64,000 bases of DNA. It comes from Myxococcota bacterium. GTDB lineage: Bacteria > Myxococcota_A > SURF-8. The translations under genes were made by a program, and so were the position numbers. The notes beneath the pieces were generated by a model. It had not been told where the DNA came from. It searched no databases and saw only the letters and a program-made list of their open reading frames with translations. The stretch covers positions 1,664,001 through 1,728,000 of the forward strand of contig CAXXQS010000001.1 of the NCBI GenBank assembly GCA_963674735.2, given 5' to 3'. This document shows positions 28,886-38,680 of this stretch, piece by piece (the stretch's first letter is position 1; every line of letters begins with the position of its first letter).

Positions 28886-30181
28886 ATGCCGACCTACTAC
28901 ACCAAACGCAGTCCAGCCCAACCGATCGACTACGATCGCGATTTTTGGGCATCACGGTTATCCCAAGCTCTGACCGACGCCCAGTATGCCGAGGTAGTCG
29001 ACGCCTATCGGGATAAGAACGCCTATTTATTCAATATCATCGCCGAAATGACACCCGGCCGGATGTGCGATGTGGGCTGCGGACTCGGCCAACTTCTCGC
29101 CAATATCGACTCGCGCTGGGAAAAACACGGCGTCGAGATTGCGTCCAAACCGGCCGCGATAGCCGCCCGACATGCAACGATTCATTGCGGCGAGTTTGCC
29201 ACAGCCGGGTATCCCGATGCCTACTTCGATCTGATCACTCTGATTTCCGTTCTCGAACACGTCGAAGATCCTCTGCCCTTGATCCGCGAAGCTTTGCGCG
29301 TATTGAAGCCGGGAGGACGCCTGCTTCTGCGCACTCCCGATTTCGACGGTCCGGCCGCACGCCGCTTCGGGGAGAATTTCCGGCTTTTACAAGAAGCCAC
29401 CCACATCAGTCTGTTTTCGACCCAATCCCTCTCGGCTCTGCTGACGGATTTCGGATTCGATATCGATCTTGTTGAACATCCATGGTTTGACACCGTCGAT
29501 TTCGAAAAGGCCGATCTCGGCTCTCTCAGCGACATATCCAAACCCTCTCCGCCTTTTTACGGCGACCACGTGTTGATTCTAGCCACACGCCCCGATCTCA
29601 GCCGCTTTGCCGCGTCCGTTCGCGAACTGGCTCGGCTCTGCCCGCGACTCGTGGAAGACCTCGACCCAGCGGTTTCGCAATCCGGTGACATAATGGCTCA
29701 ATGCCTTCTAAATGGCGGGAAGGTTCTCGCTTGCGGAAACGGCGGAAGCGCCGCCGACGCTCAGCACTTCGTCGCGGAGTTGGTCGGACGTATGGGAGTC
29801 GAACGGCGCGCCGTTCCCGGTATCAGCTTGTCATCCGATCCGAGTGTCGTAACCGCGCTTGGAAATGATTATGGATACGAACAAATTTTCGCCCGCCAGG
29901 TGGAAGCTTTCGGCCAACCCGGCGATGTTCTGCTGGGCATTTCGACCTCCGGCCATTCGCCCAATGTGCTAAAGGCTTTGGCCCTTGCCCGTGAACACGG
30001 GCTCCAGACCGTCGCCCTGGTCGGTCGAAATGGAGATACCGCACTGGAAAACTGCGACGTCACGTTGCACGTCAACGCACCCAATACTCAACGGGTACAA
30101 GAACTGCATATGGCGATTTTGCACGGTTTTTGTGATATCATCGAGCAACGGCTGGTTCAGACGCCGAAACAGCCCCAATAA
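28886..30181 (+). CDS. gmhA: Class I SAM methyltransferase fused to phosphoheptose isomerase (GmhA, SIS domain)
   Basis: N-terminal DVGCGLG, VLEHV.DP, LKPGG; C-terminal CGNGGSAADAQH, NDYGY, STSG.S.NV, QELH. Confidence 0.85.
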   Translation: MPTYYTKRSPAQPIDYDRDFWASRLSQALTDAQYAEVVDAYRDKNAYLFNIIAEMTPGRMCDVGCGLGQLLANIDSRWEKHGVEIASKPAAIAARHATIHCGEFATAGYPDAYFDLITLISVLEHVEDPLPLIREALRVLKPGGRLLLRTPDFDGPAARRFGENFRLLQEATHISLFSTQSLSALLTDFGFDIDLVEHPWFDTVDFEKADLGSLSDISKPSPPFYGDHVLILATRPDLSRFAASVRELARLCPRLVEDLDPAVSQSGDIMAQCLLNGGKVLACGNGGSAADAQHFVAELVGRMGVERRAVPGISLSSDPSVVTALGNDYGYEQIFARQVEAFGQPGDVLLGISTSGHSPNVLKALALAREHGLQTVALVGRNGDTALENCDVTLHVNAPNTQRVQELHMAILHGFCDIIEQRLVQTPKQPQ

Positions 30182-30215
30182 TGGCACAACTTTACACAAC
30201 CAAACGGATAAACAC

Positions 30216-31082
30216 ATGTCGAACACGTTGAAAATCGGGAACCGTCTGATCGGAGACGGCGAGCCTTGTTTCGTCGTAGCGGAAATCGGGATCAACCACA
30301 ATGGCGACCTCAAGCTGGCCAACCGTCTCATCGATGCCGCCCATGATGCGGGCTGCGATGCGGTCAAATTTCAGAAACGAACCATCGAAGTCGTCTACTC
30401 CGCCGAGGAATTGGCAAAACCGCGCGAAAATCCATTCGGCACAACCAATGGCGACCTCAAGCGCGCTCTCGAATTCGGAATGTCCGAATTCCAAGCCATC
30501 GATACCTATTGCAAAGGCCACAATTTCATGTGGTTTGCATCATGCTGGGACGAGGCTTCGGTTGATTTCATCGAGAAATTCAACCCGCCCTGCTATAAAA
30601 TCGCATCGGCCTCACTAACCGACGACCACCTCCTTCAGTACCATCGCCAAACGGGAAAACCGATCATCCTGTCGACCGGGATGAGTTCCATCGAACAGAT
30701 CGATCACGCGGTCGACGTGCTTGGAACCGACAATTTGATCGTTCTGCATTGCACCTCCACCTACCCGGCCAAGCCGGAGGAACTCAACTTGCGCGGCATT
30801 CTGACGCTCAAAGAACGCTATCAAATACCCATCGGTTATTCGGGTCACGAAGTCGGCCTGCAAACAACCGTGGCCGCCATGGTTATGGGCGCCTGCATGG
30901 TCGAACGCCACATCACGCTCGATCGCGCCATGTGGGGCAGCGACCAGGCCGCCAGTGTCGAAGTTCCAGGATTCACCCGTTTGGTCCGTGACATCCGTAC
31001 CATCGAAAGCGCCATCGGCGACGGCGTCAAGATCGTCTACGATTCGGAGAAACCGATCATCGAAAAACTGCGGAGAAAATGA
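30216..31082 (+). CDS. neuB: NeuB-family nonulosonate(-9-phosphate) synthase, short form without SAF domain
   Basis: AEIGINHNGD, VKFQKR, KIASA, LSTGM, HCTSTYP, YSGHE, ERHITLDR..WGSD. Confidence 0.92.
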   Translation: MSNTLKIGNRLIGDGEPCFVVAEIGINHNGDLKLANRLIDAAHDAGCDAVKFQKRTIEVVYSAEELAKPRENPFGTTNGDLKRALEFGMSEFQAIDTYCKGHNFMWFASCWDEASVDFIEKFNPPCYKIASASLTDDHLLQYHRQTGKPIILSTGMSSIEQIDHAVDVLGTDNLIVLHCTSTYPAKPEELNLRGILTLKERYQIPIGYSGHEVGLQTTVAAMVMGACMVERHITLDRAMWGSDQAASVEVPGFTRLVRDIRTIESAIGDGVKIVYDSEKPIIEKLRRK

Positions 31083-31085
31083 TCG

Positions 31086-32804
31086 ATGCAAAATCTGCTG
31101 GTGACGGGCTACCCGCGCGGCCAAACTTACTTCCGCCGACGCGTATCCGACCTCACCACGCGCTGGCTGACCCGTCGATCGACGGCAGACCGCACCATCG
31201 ACTTGGGTATCGGCGGTCTGGCTTCCGGAGATTCAGAACTCTTCGACGCCCTGCCGGATGACACGGTCCTACGCGCCGAAAACGAAGCCTTCATCGCCGC
31301 ATCCACTTGGTACATCCGCAATGGCCAAGATATTACGGAGACTTCGATAGGCTCCCTCGGTAAAGCCATTGAAGCGGAGCTTTTTCGTATTTTGAAGGAA
31401 TTCGCCATCGCCCTGCGCGTGGGTGAAACCATCATCAAAACGTTCGTCCCCAGTCGTTGCATTTTTATCGATACCGCCATGGCCGATATCTTGAAGGATT
31501 CGACCGGCGCGTGTCGAGTCGAAAGCGCTTTTTCCTATCAAAGCCTCGACACGGCAGCGGATTGGCTGAGGCTGGCACGCGACGTTCGCCCCTGGACCGT
31601 CTCACCATCGGATGTCGAACGACTGCAACATGGGCGCGTCTTGTTTTTCAGCGACAACCCATCTCACGCACGCACATTGGCTCCTTTAGCTTCCGCGATG
31701 GTCACGGAAAGCCCGCTGGTCATCGATCCCAATCCGACTTCGCAAACGGTTTACGCCCGACACAACCTGAATCCGATCGTACCGGAAAGAAAGATTCGGG
31801 CATCTCTCCTCACGAACATCTCGGCAAGTACGTGGCAGAAGTGGCATGCGCATCTGATATCCTGCGCCGGACATCAGGAACTGCACCTGCTCAAGCCCGC
31901 ATGGGTTCGACGGCAAATCGGCCTTTTACTCATGCGTTCTTCCGCTTGGCTTCCCTTGTGGAATAAAGCCCTCCCGGAAGTTTCCGGCCTTTCCGTCACG
32001 GCCTTGGGGATCTGGCCGCGCTTCCGTCTGTTTCTCTCCGCCTCCAAAAATCGAGGCCGAAAAACAGCGATTGCCATGCACGGCAATATCCCCGATTACA
32101 AAGCTTATTACGGCAAACCGGCTCCGGACGTCTACGGGGTTTACGGCGATCTTTTCAAGCAACATCTTTCGAGCGCCGGAGTACCCGAAACAGCCATCCA
32201 TATAATCGGTCGCCCCGACAATCCCGCCCAACCCAAAACGACTTCGAGCAAACACAAAACAAGCACACCACACGTTCTGTTTTTACAACAAACGTTCGGC
32301 TCGGAGTTAAGTTGGTTCGAATACGCCATGGCCGTCCACGCATTTTGTCAAGTAGCCCGGCAGCGACCGACCTGGCACTTCACGGTCAAGCTGCACCCGT
32401 TTCCGCAAAACGACGGCGCGGAGTTTCGTCAATGCATCGAAATCATGGGGCTTCGCAACCTCGATATTGTCAAAGACCGTTCCATTCCGCAATGCCTCGC
32501 GGAAAGCGATGTGGCGGTGGCCTTGTTTTCAACAACCATCCTCGATGCCTTGCAGGCACAAGTTCCGGTCGTCACAATGAATTTTTCCGGTCGTTCCGAT
32601 TTGATGCCGTTTGCCGAATTCGGCTTGGCCAAACGCGTAACACATCCCGACGACCTCATTTCTGGAGTTGAATCGGCCATCAGCGATCCTGTTCCCGAAT
32701 GGCCCTCTTCCCTCACCCGCCGGTTTGTGGAAAAAGAAGGACGTTCGGCAATGGAGGCCTCCTTAACGATGCTGCAAAATCTTTATCCGGGGAAACAAGA
32801 TTGA
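31086..32804 (+). CDS. Putative GT-B glycosyltransferase (candidate CMP-ulosonate transferase)
   Basis: C-terminal MHG, GRP, VKLHP, ST..LDAL...VPV motifs; directly follows neuB. Confidence 0.55.
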   Translation: MQNLLVTGYPRGQTYFRRRVSDLTTRWLTRRSTADRTIDLGIGGLASGDSELFDALPDDTVLRAENEAFIAASTWYIRNGQDITETSIGSLGKAIEAELFRILKEFAIALRVGETIIKTFVPSRCIFIDTAMADILKDSTGACRVESAFSYQSLDTAADWLRLARDVRPWTVSPSDVERLQHGRVLFFSDNPSHARTLAPLASAMVTESPLVIDPNPTSQTVYARHNLNPIVPERKIRASLLTNISASTWQKWHAHLISCAGHQELHLLKPAWVRRQIGLLLMRSSAWLPLWNKALPEVSGLSVTALGIWPRFRLFLSASKNRGRKTAIAMHGNIPDYKAYYGKPAPDVYGVYGDLFKQHLSSAGVPETAIHIIGRPDNPAQPKTTSSKHKTSTPHVLFLQQTFGSELSWFEYAMAVHAFCQVARQRPTWHFTVKLHPFPQNDGAEFRQCIEIMGLRNLDIVKDRSIPQCLAESDVAVALFSTTILDALQAQVPVVTMNFSGRSDLMPFAEFGLAKRVTHPDDLISGVESAISDPVPEWPSSLTRRFVEKEGRSAMEASLTMLQNLYPGKQD

Positions 32805-33964
32805 TGCGGGTTTTATTCGCCTCACCGGTATTCTGTTATCCCGCCGACAATGGCACGAAAAAAGTCAACCTGGATGTGGTTCGACACCTCATTCGTTCGG
32901 GACACACCGTCACATATCTCTATCCAGCTCTAGCCCAAAATGCGAATCCGGAAGGATTGCTGGAGAAATTTCCCCACGGATTGAAGCTGGTTTCCAGTCG
33001 CCGCTCCAATCTTTCTCTTCAACGACTGTCTGAATCGTTTCGGTCCCGTTTTCTGGGGCCATTCGGAGTCAACGCCAACAGCTACCTAGCTCCCGCCGAC
33101 TTGCGCCGCGAGGTCGCGCAGGCCGATGCCGTGATCGCCGACTACTGGGTGGTCGCGCGAGATCTTCCGCGCAACACAGCCAAACCCGTCCTGCTTAAAA
33201 TAAACGACATCAGTTGGCCCCGCGTACACGACATGTTCGATGTTCCCGCCTGGCGACGATACCCCACGGCGGCCGCTTTTAAATGGTGTGAGATGCACGT
33301 GTTCAAACGTGCGGAGACTCTGTTTAGCGCCTCTTTCCATGAAGCACAAGCGCTCAACGCCACCGGCTTCAAGGCTTTGCATATTCCCGTCGCCATTGAT
33401 CTCGATGTTTTCAAACCTCAAGCCAGTGAAAACGGTTATGTGCATGCAGCCTTGTTTGTCGCCTCGAATAACAAGGTCAACACCCTGGCGCTTCAATGGG
33501 TGTGTGAAAGGGTCGCCCCTCTCCTGCAACGGACAGTCCCCGACTTTCAATTCCATATCTTGCTCAACAAACCATCTGAGACTTTGCAACATTATTGTGA
33601 ACAATTCGATTTCGTCACCCGCCACGACTGGGTGGACGACCTTGTCGGATTTTACAACCGCTTTCCGGTTGTCCTTTTGCCCTTTCACAACACGACCGGG
33701 GTAAAAATCAAGTTGATCGAAGCTCTGGCATGCGGCCGCGCGGTTGTCTCGACTCAAAACGGCCTGCTTGGCACCGAAGCTCAACAAAATCGAGACGCGC
33801 TCATCGCCGATTCGGACGTTGAATTCGCTCGATCGATCGAACGTGTTTTCAGTGATGGACAGTTGCGACGGTCACTCGAAGAGCACGCCCGACGCTACGC
33901 AGAGAACCATCACGACTTACAAGCCGCTTTCAAACCGCTGGATCATTGGCTGGAAAGTCGGTGA
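32804..33964 (+). CDS. GT4-family glycosyltransferase
   Basis: YPADNG, GVKIKLIEALACGRAVVST. Confidence 0.85.
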   Translation: MRVLFASPVFCYPADNGTKKVNLDVVRHLIRSGHTVTYLYPALAQNANPEGLLEKFPHGLKLVSSRRSNLSLQRLSESFRSRFLGPFGVNANSYLAPADLRREVAQADAVIADYWVVARDLPRNTAKPVLLKINDISWPRVHDMFDVPAWRRYPTAAAFKWCEMHVFKRAETLFSASFHEAQALNATGFKALHIPVAIDLDVFKPQASENGYVHAALFVASNNKVNTLALQWVCERVAPLLQRTVPDFQFHILLNKPSETLQHYCEQFDFVTRHDWVDDLVGFYNRFPVVLLPFHNTTGVKIKLIEALACGRAVVSTQNGLLGTEAQQNRDALIADSDVEFARSIERVFSDGQLRRSLEEHARRYAENHHDLQAAFKPLDHWLESR

Positions 33965-34057
33965 CCTTGAGATTATTGGACAGACATCCAGGTTGGATGC
34001 TAGCATATTCGCGCGTTTTTAAACCGATTACGAACCTTCGACCGACCGAGGATAATC

Positions 34058-35107
34058 ATGCTGGTCCGTGGCAAAGCTCCTTTACGCGTTAGTTTCTCCG
34101 GTGGCGGAACCGACATCACCCCCTATTGCGACGAATACGGCGGTTGCGTACTCAATACCACCATTGGGATGTACATCTATGGAGCCTTGGAAGTTCGAGA
34201 CGATAAACAGGTCCGCATTTTCTCGCTGGACTACCACGAACATATCCAATATGAACTCGGCAGCGAAATCGATGAAGGCGACCACTTCAAATTCCTGAAA
34301 GCGGTCGTGCAACGCCTGAATCCACCGCACGGCTTCAATTTATACTTACACAGCGATGCTCCTCCGGGAACCGGACTCGGCTCGTCGGGCACCGTCTCCT
34401 CACTGATCATCGGCTTGGTGAACCATGCCTTCAATCTCATGCTGACAAAATACGAAATGGCGCAGATGGCCTATGTCGTCGAACACGACGACCTCAATCG
34501 CGCGGTGGGGCGACAAGACCATTACGCCTCCGTGTTCGGCGGCTTCAATTTCATGGAATTCGGCAAGGACGGAACGCTCGTCATCCCGTTGCGAGTGGAA
34601 CCTTGGATTCTCGAAGAACTGACCTATCACCTGCAGATGTTCTATACTCGAAAGAAGCGCGACTCCACCGATATCGTCGCCACCCAAATCGAGTATTACA
34701 AAGAAAAACGCCAAGAAACACTCGACGCCTTGGCGAATATCAAAGACATTTCGCGCCGCATGCAGCGCTGTCTGCTGAAAGGTGAACTCAAACAATTCGG
34801 TTCTCTGCTGCACGAGGGCTGGCTAGCTAAACAGCAGATGAATCCGGGGACAGCCAACCCCTACCTAAATGAGATTTACAGCACCGGACGTAAAGCGGGA
34901 GCCGTAGGTGGAAAAATTCTCGGCGCGGGAGGCGGCGGTTTCTTTATTTTCTACACCCCCTTCACCAAAAAGGGCGAGGTCTCAAAGGCACTCACCAAAA
35001 TCGGAGCCCAGCCGGTACCGTTTGTCCTGGATTTTCAGGGCTTACGCACCTGGGAAGTTCTAGAACAAGACCTCAGCGACGAAACCGGCGGCCTCTTTAA
35101 CGATTAG
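34058..35107 (+). CDS. hddA: D-glycero-D-manno-heptose-7-phosphate kinase (GHMP family)
   Basis: APLRVSFSGGGTD, PPGTGLGSSG, GRQD.Y..FGG, GKILGAGGGG. Confidence 0.85.
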   Translation: MLVRGKAPLRVSFSGGGTDITPYCDEYGGCVLNTTIGMYIYGALEVRDDKQVRIFSLDYHEHIQYELGSEIDEGDHFKFLKAVVQRLNPPHGFNLYLHSDAPPGTGLGSSGTVSSLIIGLVNHAFNLMLTKYEMAQMAYVVEHDDLNRAVGRQDHYASVFGGFNFMEFGKDGTLVIPLRVEPWILEELTYHLQMFYTRKKRDSTDIVATQIEYYKEKRQETLDALANIKDISRRMQRCLLKGELKQFGSLLHEGWLAKQQMNPGTANPYLNEIYSTGRKAGAVGGKILGAGGGGFFIFYTPFTKKGEVSKALTKIGAQPVPFVLDFQGLRTWEVLEQDLSDETGGLFND

Positions 35108-35130
35108 CAAAACTGGAAAGCACGTTTCTC

Positions 35131-35607
35131 ATGTCCGACTGGATCATCAGACCCGCCAATAAAGGCGACATCCCCGCAATTGTTCGTTTCAATTCCGCCA
35201 TGGCGCTTGAGACGGAAGACAAACAAATCGACCAAATCGTTCTGACCCAGGGAATCACCGCTCTTCTGAACAATCCGGAACGCGGTTTTTATACGATGGC
35301 GGAATCTGCAGGGCAATGTGTCGGCCAGGTTATGGTAACGTACGAATGGAGTGATTGGCGCAACGGGACTTTCTGGTGGATTCAATCGGTCTATATCGAT
35401 CCTGCTTGGCGTCGGCGAGGCGTCTACACCTCTTTGTACCGGCATATCCTTAAGCAAGCCCAAGCACAACCGGGGATTTGCGGTTTGCGTCTTTACGTCG
35501 ATCACCACAACCGAACCGCCCAAAACACCTATACCACGCTGGGTATGGCCGCCGCCCATTACGATCTGTTCGAAGTCGATTTCGTCTATAAAAACAAGGA
35601 TCGTTAG
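35131..35607 (+). CDS. GNAT acetyltransferase
   Basis: EWSDWRNG.FWWIQSVY..P.WRRRG, RLYV...N..AQ.TY..LGM. Confidence 0.88.
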   Translation: MSDWIIRPANKGDIPAIVRFNSAMALETEDKQIDQIVLTQGITALLNNPERGFYTMAESAGQCVGQVMVTYEWSDWRNGTFWWIQSVYIDPAWRRRGVYTSLYRHILKQAQAQPGICGLRLYVDHHNRTAQNTYTTLGMAAAHYDLFEVDFVYKNKDR

Positions 35608-35754
35608 GACGATTCACCGGCTGTTTTGTTTTCAGAATCCAGCGGATACTGAAAAACCGCGTTTCTGATGCACTGCGTATAGACAAGTCTCAAACCTTCC
35701 TGTATGATGCCGACATCTAAAACAAATCTGGGAAATCCCCAATCGGAGGATGAC

Positions 35755-38538
35755 ATGAGGTTCAAGCACCTGATATTGCTGGCTGTGGTGTTTCTGATCG
35801 GTTTGTCTTTTCTGGCCTGTTCGAGCGACAGCAACGACGAACCCGACGGCGATGCCGGAGATGGGGATATTCCGGACGGCGACCTCCTCGACGGTGACAG
35901 GTCGGACGGCGACGCCCCCGATGGCGACACCCCTGGAGGTCTTGGCGAACCGGTCGACGAAACATTTGGTATAGAAGGCCTGACTGCCGAAGTGAATGTC
36001 GCCTGGGATGAATTCGGCGTTCCGCACATCTACGCCGCCAATGAAGCCGATGCCATGCGCGCCATGGGATGGATTCAAGCGGATCAACGGATGGTCGAAG
36101 CTGAGTTTCTACGAAAATATGCACGCGGCCGCTTAACTGAGCTGGTCCAGGCCATTCCGGACCTGGTAACCGTCGACCTTTTTTATCGCGGCATGTTCGC
36201 CCTCAAAGACGGCGGCGATCTCCTCCAAGCCATTTGGGATATGATGGACGATGATGTCAAAGATCTGCTGCAAGCTCACGCGGACGGATTCAATGCCAGA
36301 CTGGCCAAGTATAAAGAAGATGATTCAGACTGGCCGGCTCCCTTCGATTATTTTCTCATCCTGCAAGGACCGGACAAAACCGTAGACTGGGAACCGCTCG
36401 ACACGATCGCCATCGGCCGTTTGCAGTCCTGGCAACTCGCGCGCACACTGGATGAAGAAATCACCTACACCATGATCCACGAACTATTGCCGGACGACCT
36501 CTTCAACGCGCTTGTTTTCTCCGAACCGACCATACCGTTGTCGATTATGCCGCATGCCGATTCCGTTAAATCGAATACGGTTAGTCCGCAATACGGCACC
36601 CGCCATGGCGAAGCACTGTTGAGAAAACTCACCCGAACCGACTCCATGTTGGATAAAATCCGTGTTTGGGAAAAAATCGATCGCGGTGCCAGCAACAACT
36701 GGGCCGTGGCGCGTCAGTCGGACGGCATCGCCTATCTGTGCAACGACCCGCATTTAGCCCTGCAAACACCCTCCGTCTTTATTCCCATGACCGTCGACGT
36801 CAAAGAACTCGGCGGAGACGATCAGATCTTGCACGCCGGTGGTATCGGTTTCCCCGGTACGCCCGCGTTCATTATCGGCCGTAACGACAAAGTCGCCTGG
36901 GCGCTCACCACCACCAACTACGACGTCCAGGAAGTGTATGAAGAGCAGGTCACGTTCAACGACGATGACGAGCCGGTCTCGGTTCTTTTCAACGGGAATC
37001 AAGTTGACGTCAACAAAGTCGTGCAACAGTTACAAGACGGACATGGCGCAAACCCGGAAACCGTTGAGGAACCCCTGTATTTCGTTCCGCATCATGGTTT
37101 CCTCCTTCCCGACAGTTTCGACACCGAAAGCGGCACGGCGCTCTCCACTCGTTGGACCGGCATGGAACCGACTCTGGAAATCCAGGCCGTCGCCAACATC
37201 CAAAAAGCTCAGGATATCAATGGGGCCTTCGCTGCTCTGCAAGACTTCAAAGTCGGCGCACAGAACTATGTGTTCACCAGTATCGATGGAGAAATCGCCT
37301 ACAATCCCCACGTCGCCATGCCGATCCGCCAAGGTGATCTTGCCGCCCATCCACCGTGGATGGTGCAGCCCGGAACCGGCGAATATGAATGGGACGGCTA
37401 TGTAGCCGAGGATAAACTCCCTACCTTGCGCAACCCGGATGACGGATTCATCATCACCGCCAACAACGACATTATGGGATCGACTCTGGACAATGACGCA
37501 TTGAACGAAGAATGGTATTCGATGTTCTCCGGTGCGGCCGGTTACCGCGCCTACACCATCAAAAAGCGGCTGCAAGACAAACTGGCCGGTGGCGATGTGT
37601 CGTTTGCCGACATGGAAGAAATCCAAAACAGCTATGTCTCCGAAATGGCGACCGATCTGGTGCCAATGCTGCTGGCCATTGCCGACAACGGCGACAACTC
37701 CATCATGGGCGATCTCTCGAACGATGCCTTAGCCGGCTTACAATTGCTTGAAGACTGGAACTTCAAAATGGCTTCCGGTATCGCCGACGACACCGACCCC
37801 ACCGGATCGGCCGCGATAGCCGACATCGATGAACAAAGCGCCGCGGCCGCCGCCACATTCTTCAACTTCTTGCTTGTTCGCCTCGCACACGACCTGATCG
37901 CAGACGAACTAACACCTTACAGCATTAACGGTCTCCCCAGTACTCACACCTTCAAAGTGGTGTTCAAAATGGTGAAGGATTATGTGGATGGCGGACTAGA
38001 CCCCAAGGGAGACTACGTCTCGCCCCTATTCGATAACATCGATACGGCCGCTCCGAACATTGAATCGCCGGAAGATATCCTGCGTGTCGCGCTGGAAAAC
38101 ACAGTAGAAGATATCACCACGAACGAGATCTTTACCGGAACGGCGATTTCGGACGCCTACTGGGGACGCATTCATACGCTGACCATGGAACACCCGCTTT
38201 CGTCCATGACCTCGGATTACAACGTCGGCCCCTTCGGCTTGGGTGGCGGACCCTTCACGGTCAACGTCGCCAGCTACGGCGTCGGATTCAATGTCGATAC
38301 CGAAAGCTATACTTTCGGCAGCGGCCCCAGCCTGCGCATCATCCACGCGGTCAGCGAAGCGGGATTCGAGACCGAGTACACCATCCCCGGCGGTGTCGAT
38401 GGTCGCATGGATTCGGAGCATTTCCTCGATATGTTCGACCTCTGGAAAGCCGGAGAGCGCACCAAACTGTTGATCGCTTGGGATGAAGTGAAAGCAGCCG
38501 GTTACACGAAAATCACGGCTCTTGTCCCTTCGGAATAA
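35755..38538 (+). CDS. Penicillin/AHL acylase family (S45 Ntn-hydrolase) lipoprotein with DGD linker
   Basis: Lipobox FLAC; D.FGVPHIYA, GA|SNNWAV nucleophile, NDPHL, TANN, GPSLR; GGAGG RBS. Confidence 0.9.
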   Translation: MRFKHLILLAVVFLIGLSFLACSSDSNDEPDGDAGDGDIPDGDLLDGDRSDGDAPDGDTPGGLGEPVDETFGIEGLTAEVNVAWDEFGVPHIYAANEADAMRAMGWIQADQRMVEAEFLRKYARGRLTELVQAIPDLVTVDLFYRGMFALKDGGDLLQAIWDMMDDDVKDLLQAHADGFNARLAKYKEDDSDWPAPFDYFLILQGPDKTVDWEPLDTIAIGRLQSWQLARTLDEEITYTMIHELLPDDLFNALVFSEPTIPLSIMPHADSVKSNTVSPQYGTRHGEALLRKLTRTDSMLDKIRVWEKIDRGASNNWAVARQSDGIAYLCNDPHLALQTPSVFIPMTVDVKELGGDDQILHAGGIGFPGTPAFIIGRNDKVAWALTTTNYDVQEVYEEQVTFNDDDEPVSVLFNGNQVDVNKVVQQLQDGHGANPETVEEPLYFVPHHGFLLPDSFDTESGTALSTRWTGMEPTLEIQAVANIQKAQDINGAFAALQDFKVGAQNYVFTSIDGEIAYNPHVAMPIRQGDLAAHPPWMVQPGTGEYEWDGYVAEDKLPTLRNPDDGFIITANNDIMGSTLDNDALNEEWYSMFSGAAGYRAYTIKKRLQDKLAGGDVSFADMEEIQNSYVSEMATDLVPMLLAIADNGDNSIMGDLSNDALAGLQLLEDWNFKMASGIADDTDPTGSAAIADIDEQSAAAAATFFNFLLVRLAHDLIADELTPYSINGLPSTHTFKVVFKMVKDYVDGGLDPKGDYVSPLFDNIDTAAPNIESPEDILRVALENTVEDITTNEIFTGTAISDAYWGRIHTLTMEHPLSSMTSDYNVGPFGLGGGPFTVNVASYGVGFNVDTESYTFGSGPSLRIIHAVSEAGFETEYTIPGGVDGRMDSEHFLDMFDLWKAGERTKLLIAWDEVKAAGYTKITALVPSE
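35845..35928 (+). repeat. Six-fold 15-nt / pentapeptide xxDGD repeat
   Basis: EPDGD-AGDGD-IPDGD-LLDGD-RSDGD-APDGD, with varied synonymous codons. Confidence 0.85.
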
Positions 38539-38558
38539 TCATTCGATTCCGCTTGCTC

Positions 38559-38592
38559 GTGGGGAGGCTCGATTAAGCCTCCCCACTTTTTT
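38559..38592 (+). terminator. Intrinsic terminator after the acylase gene
   Basis: GTGGGGAGGCT-CGATTA-AGCCTCCCCAC-TTTTTT. Confidence 0.9.
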
Positions 38593-38616
38593 CCGCCATA
38601 TAAAAACCTTCCGAAA

Positions 38617-38646
38617 TTGCCCTCCAACAACCTTTTAGGCTATAAT
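38617..38646 (+). promoter_or_regulatory. Putative sigma70 promoter of the wzm-wzt locus
   Basis: TTGCCC-N18-TATAAT just downstream of the terminator. Confidence 0.5.
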
Positions 38647-38680
38647 ACGCAGTTCATGACGTTCAGTTGAGGAGCATGGT

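Noticed and set aside
33985-33999. CATCCA-GGT-TGGATG palindrome upstream of hddA
   Set aside because: Only 6-bp arms, which is expected by chance in 64 kb; no supporting regulator nearby.
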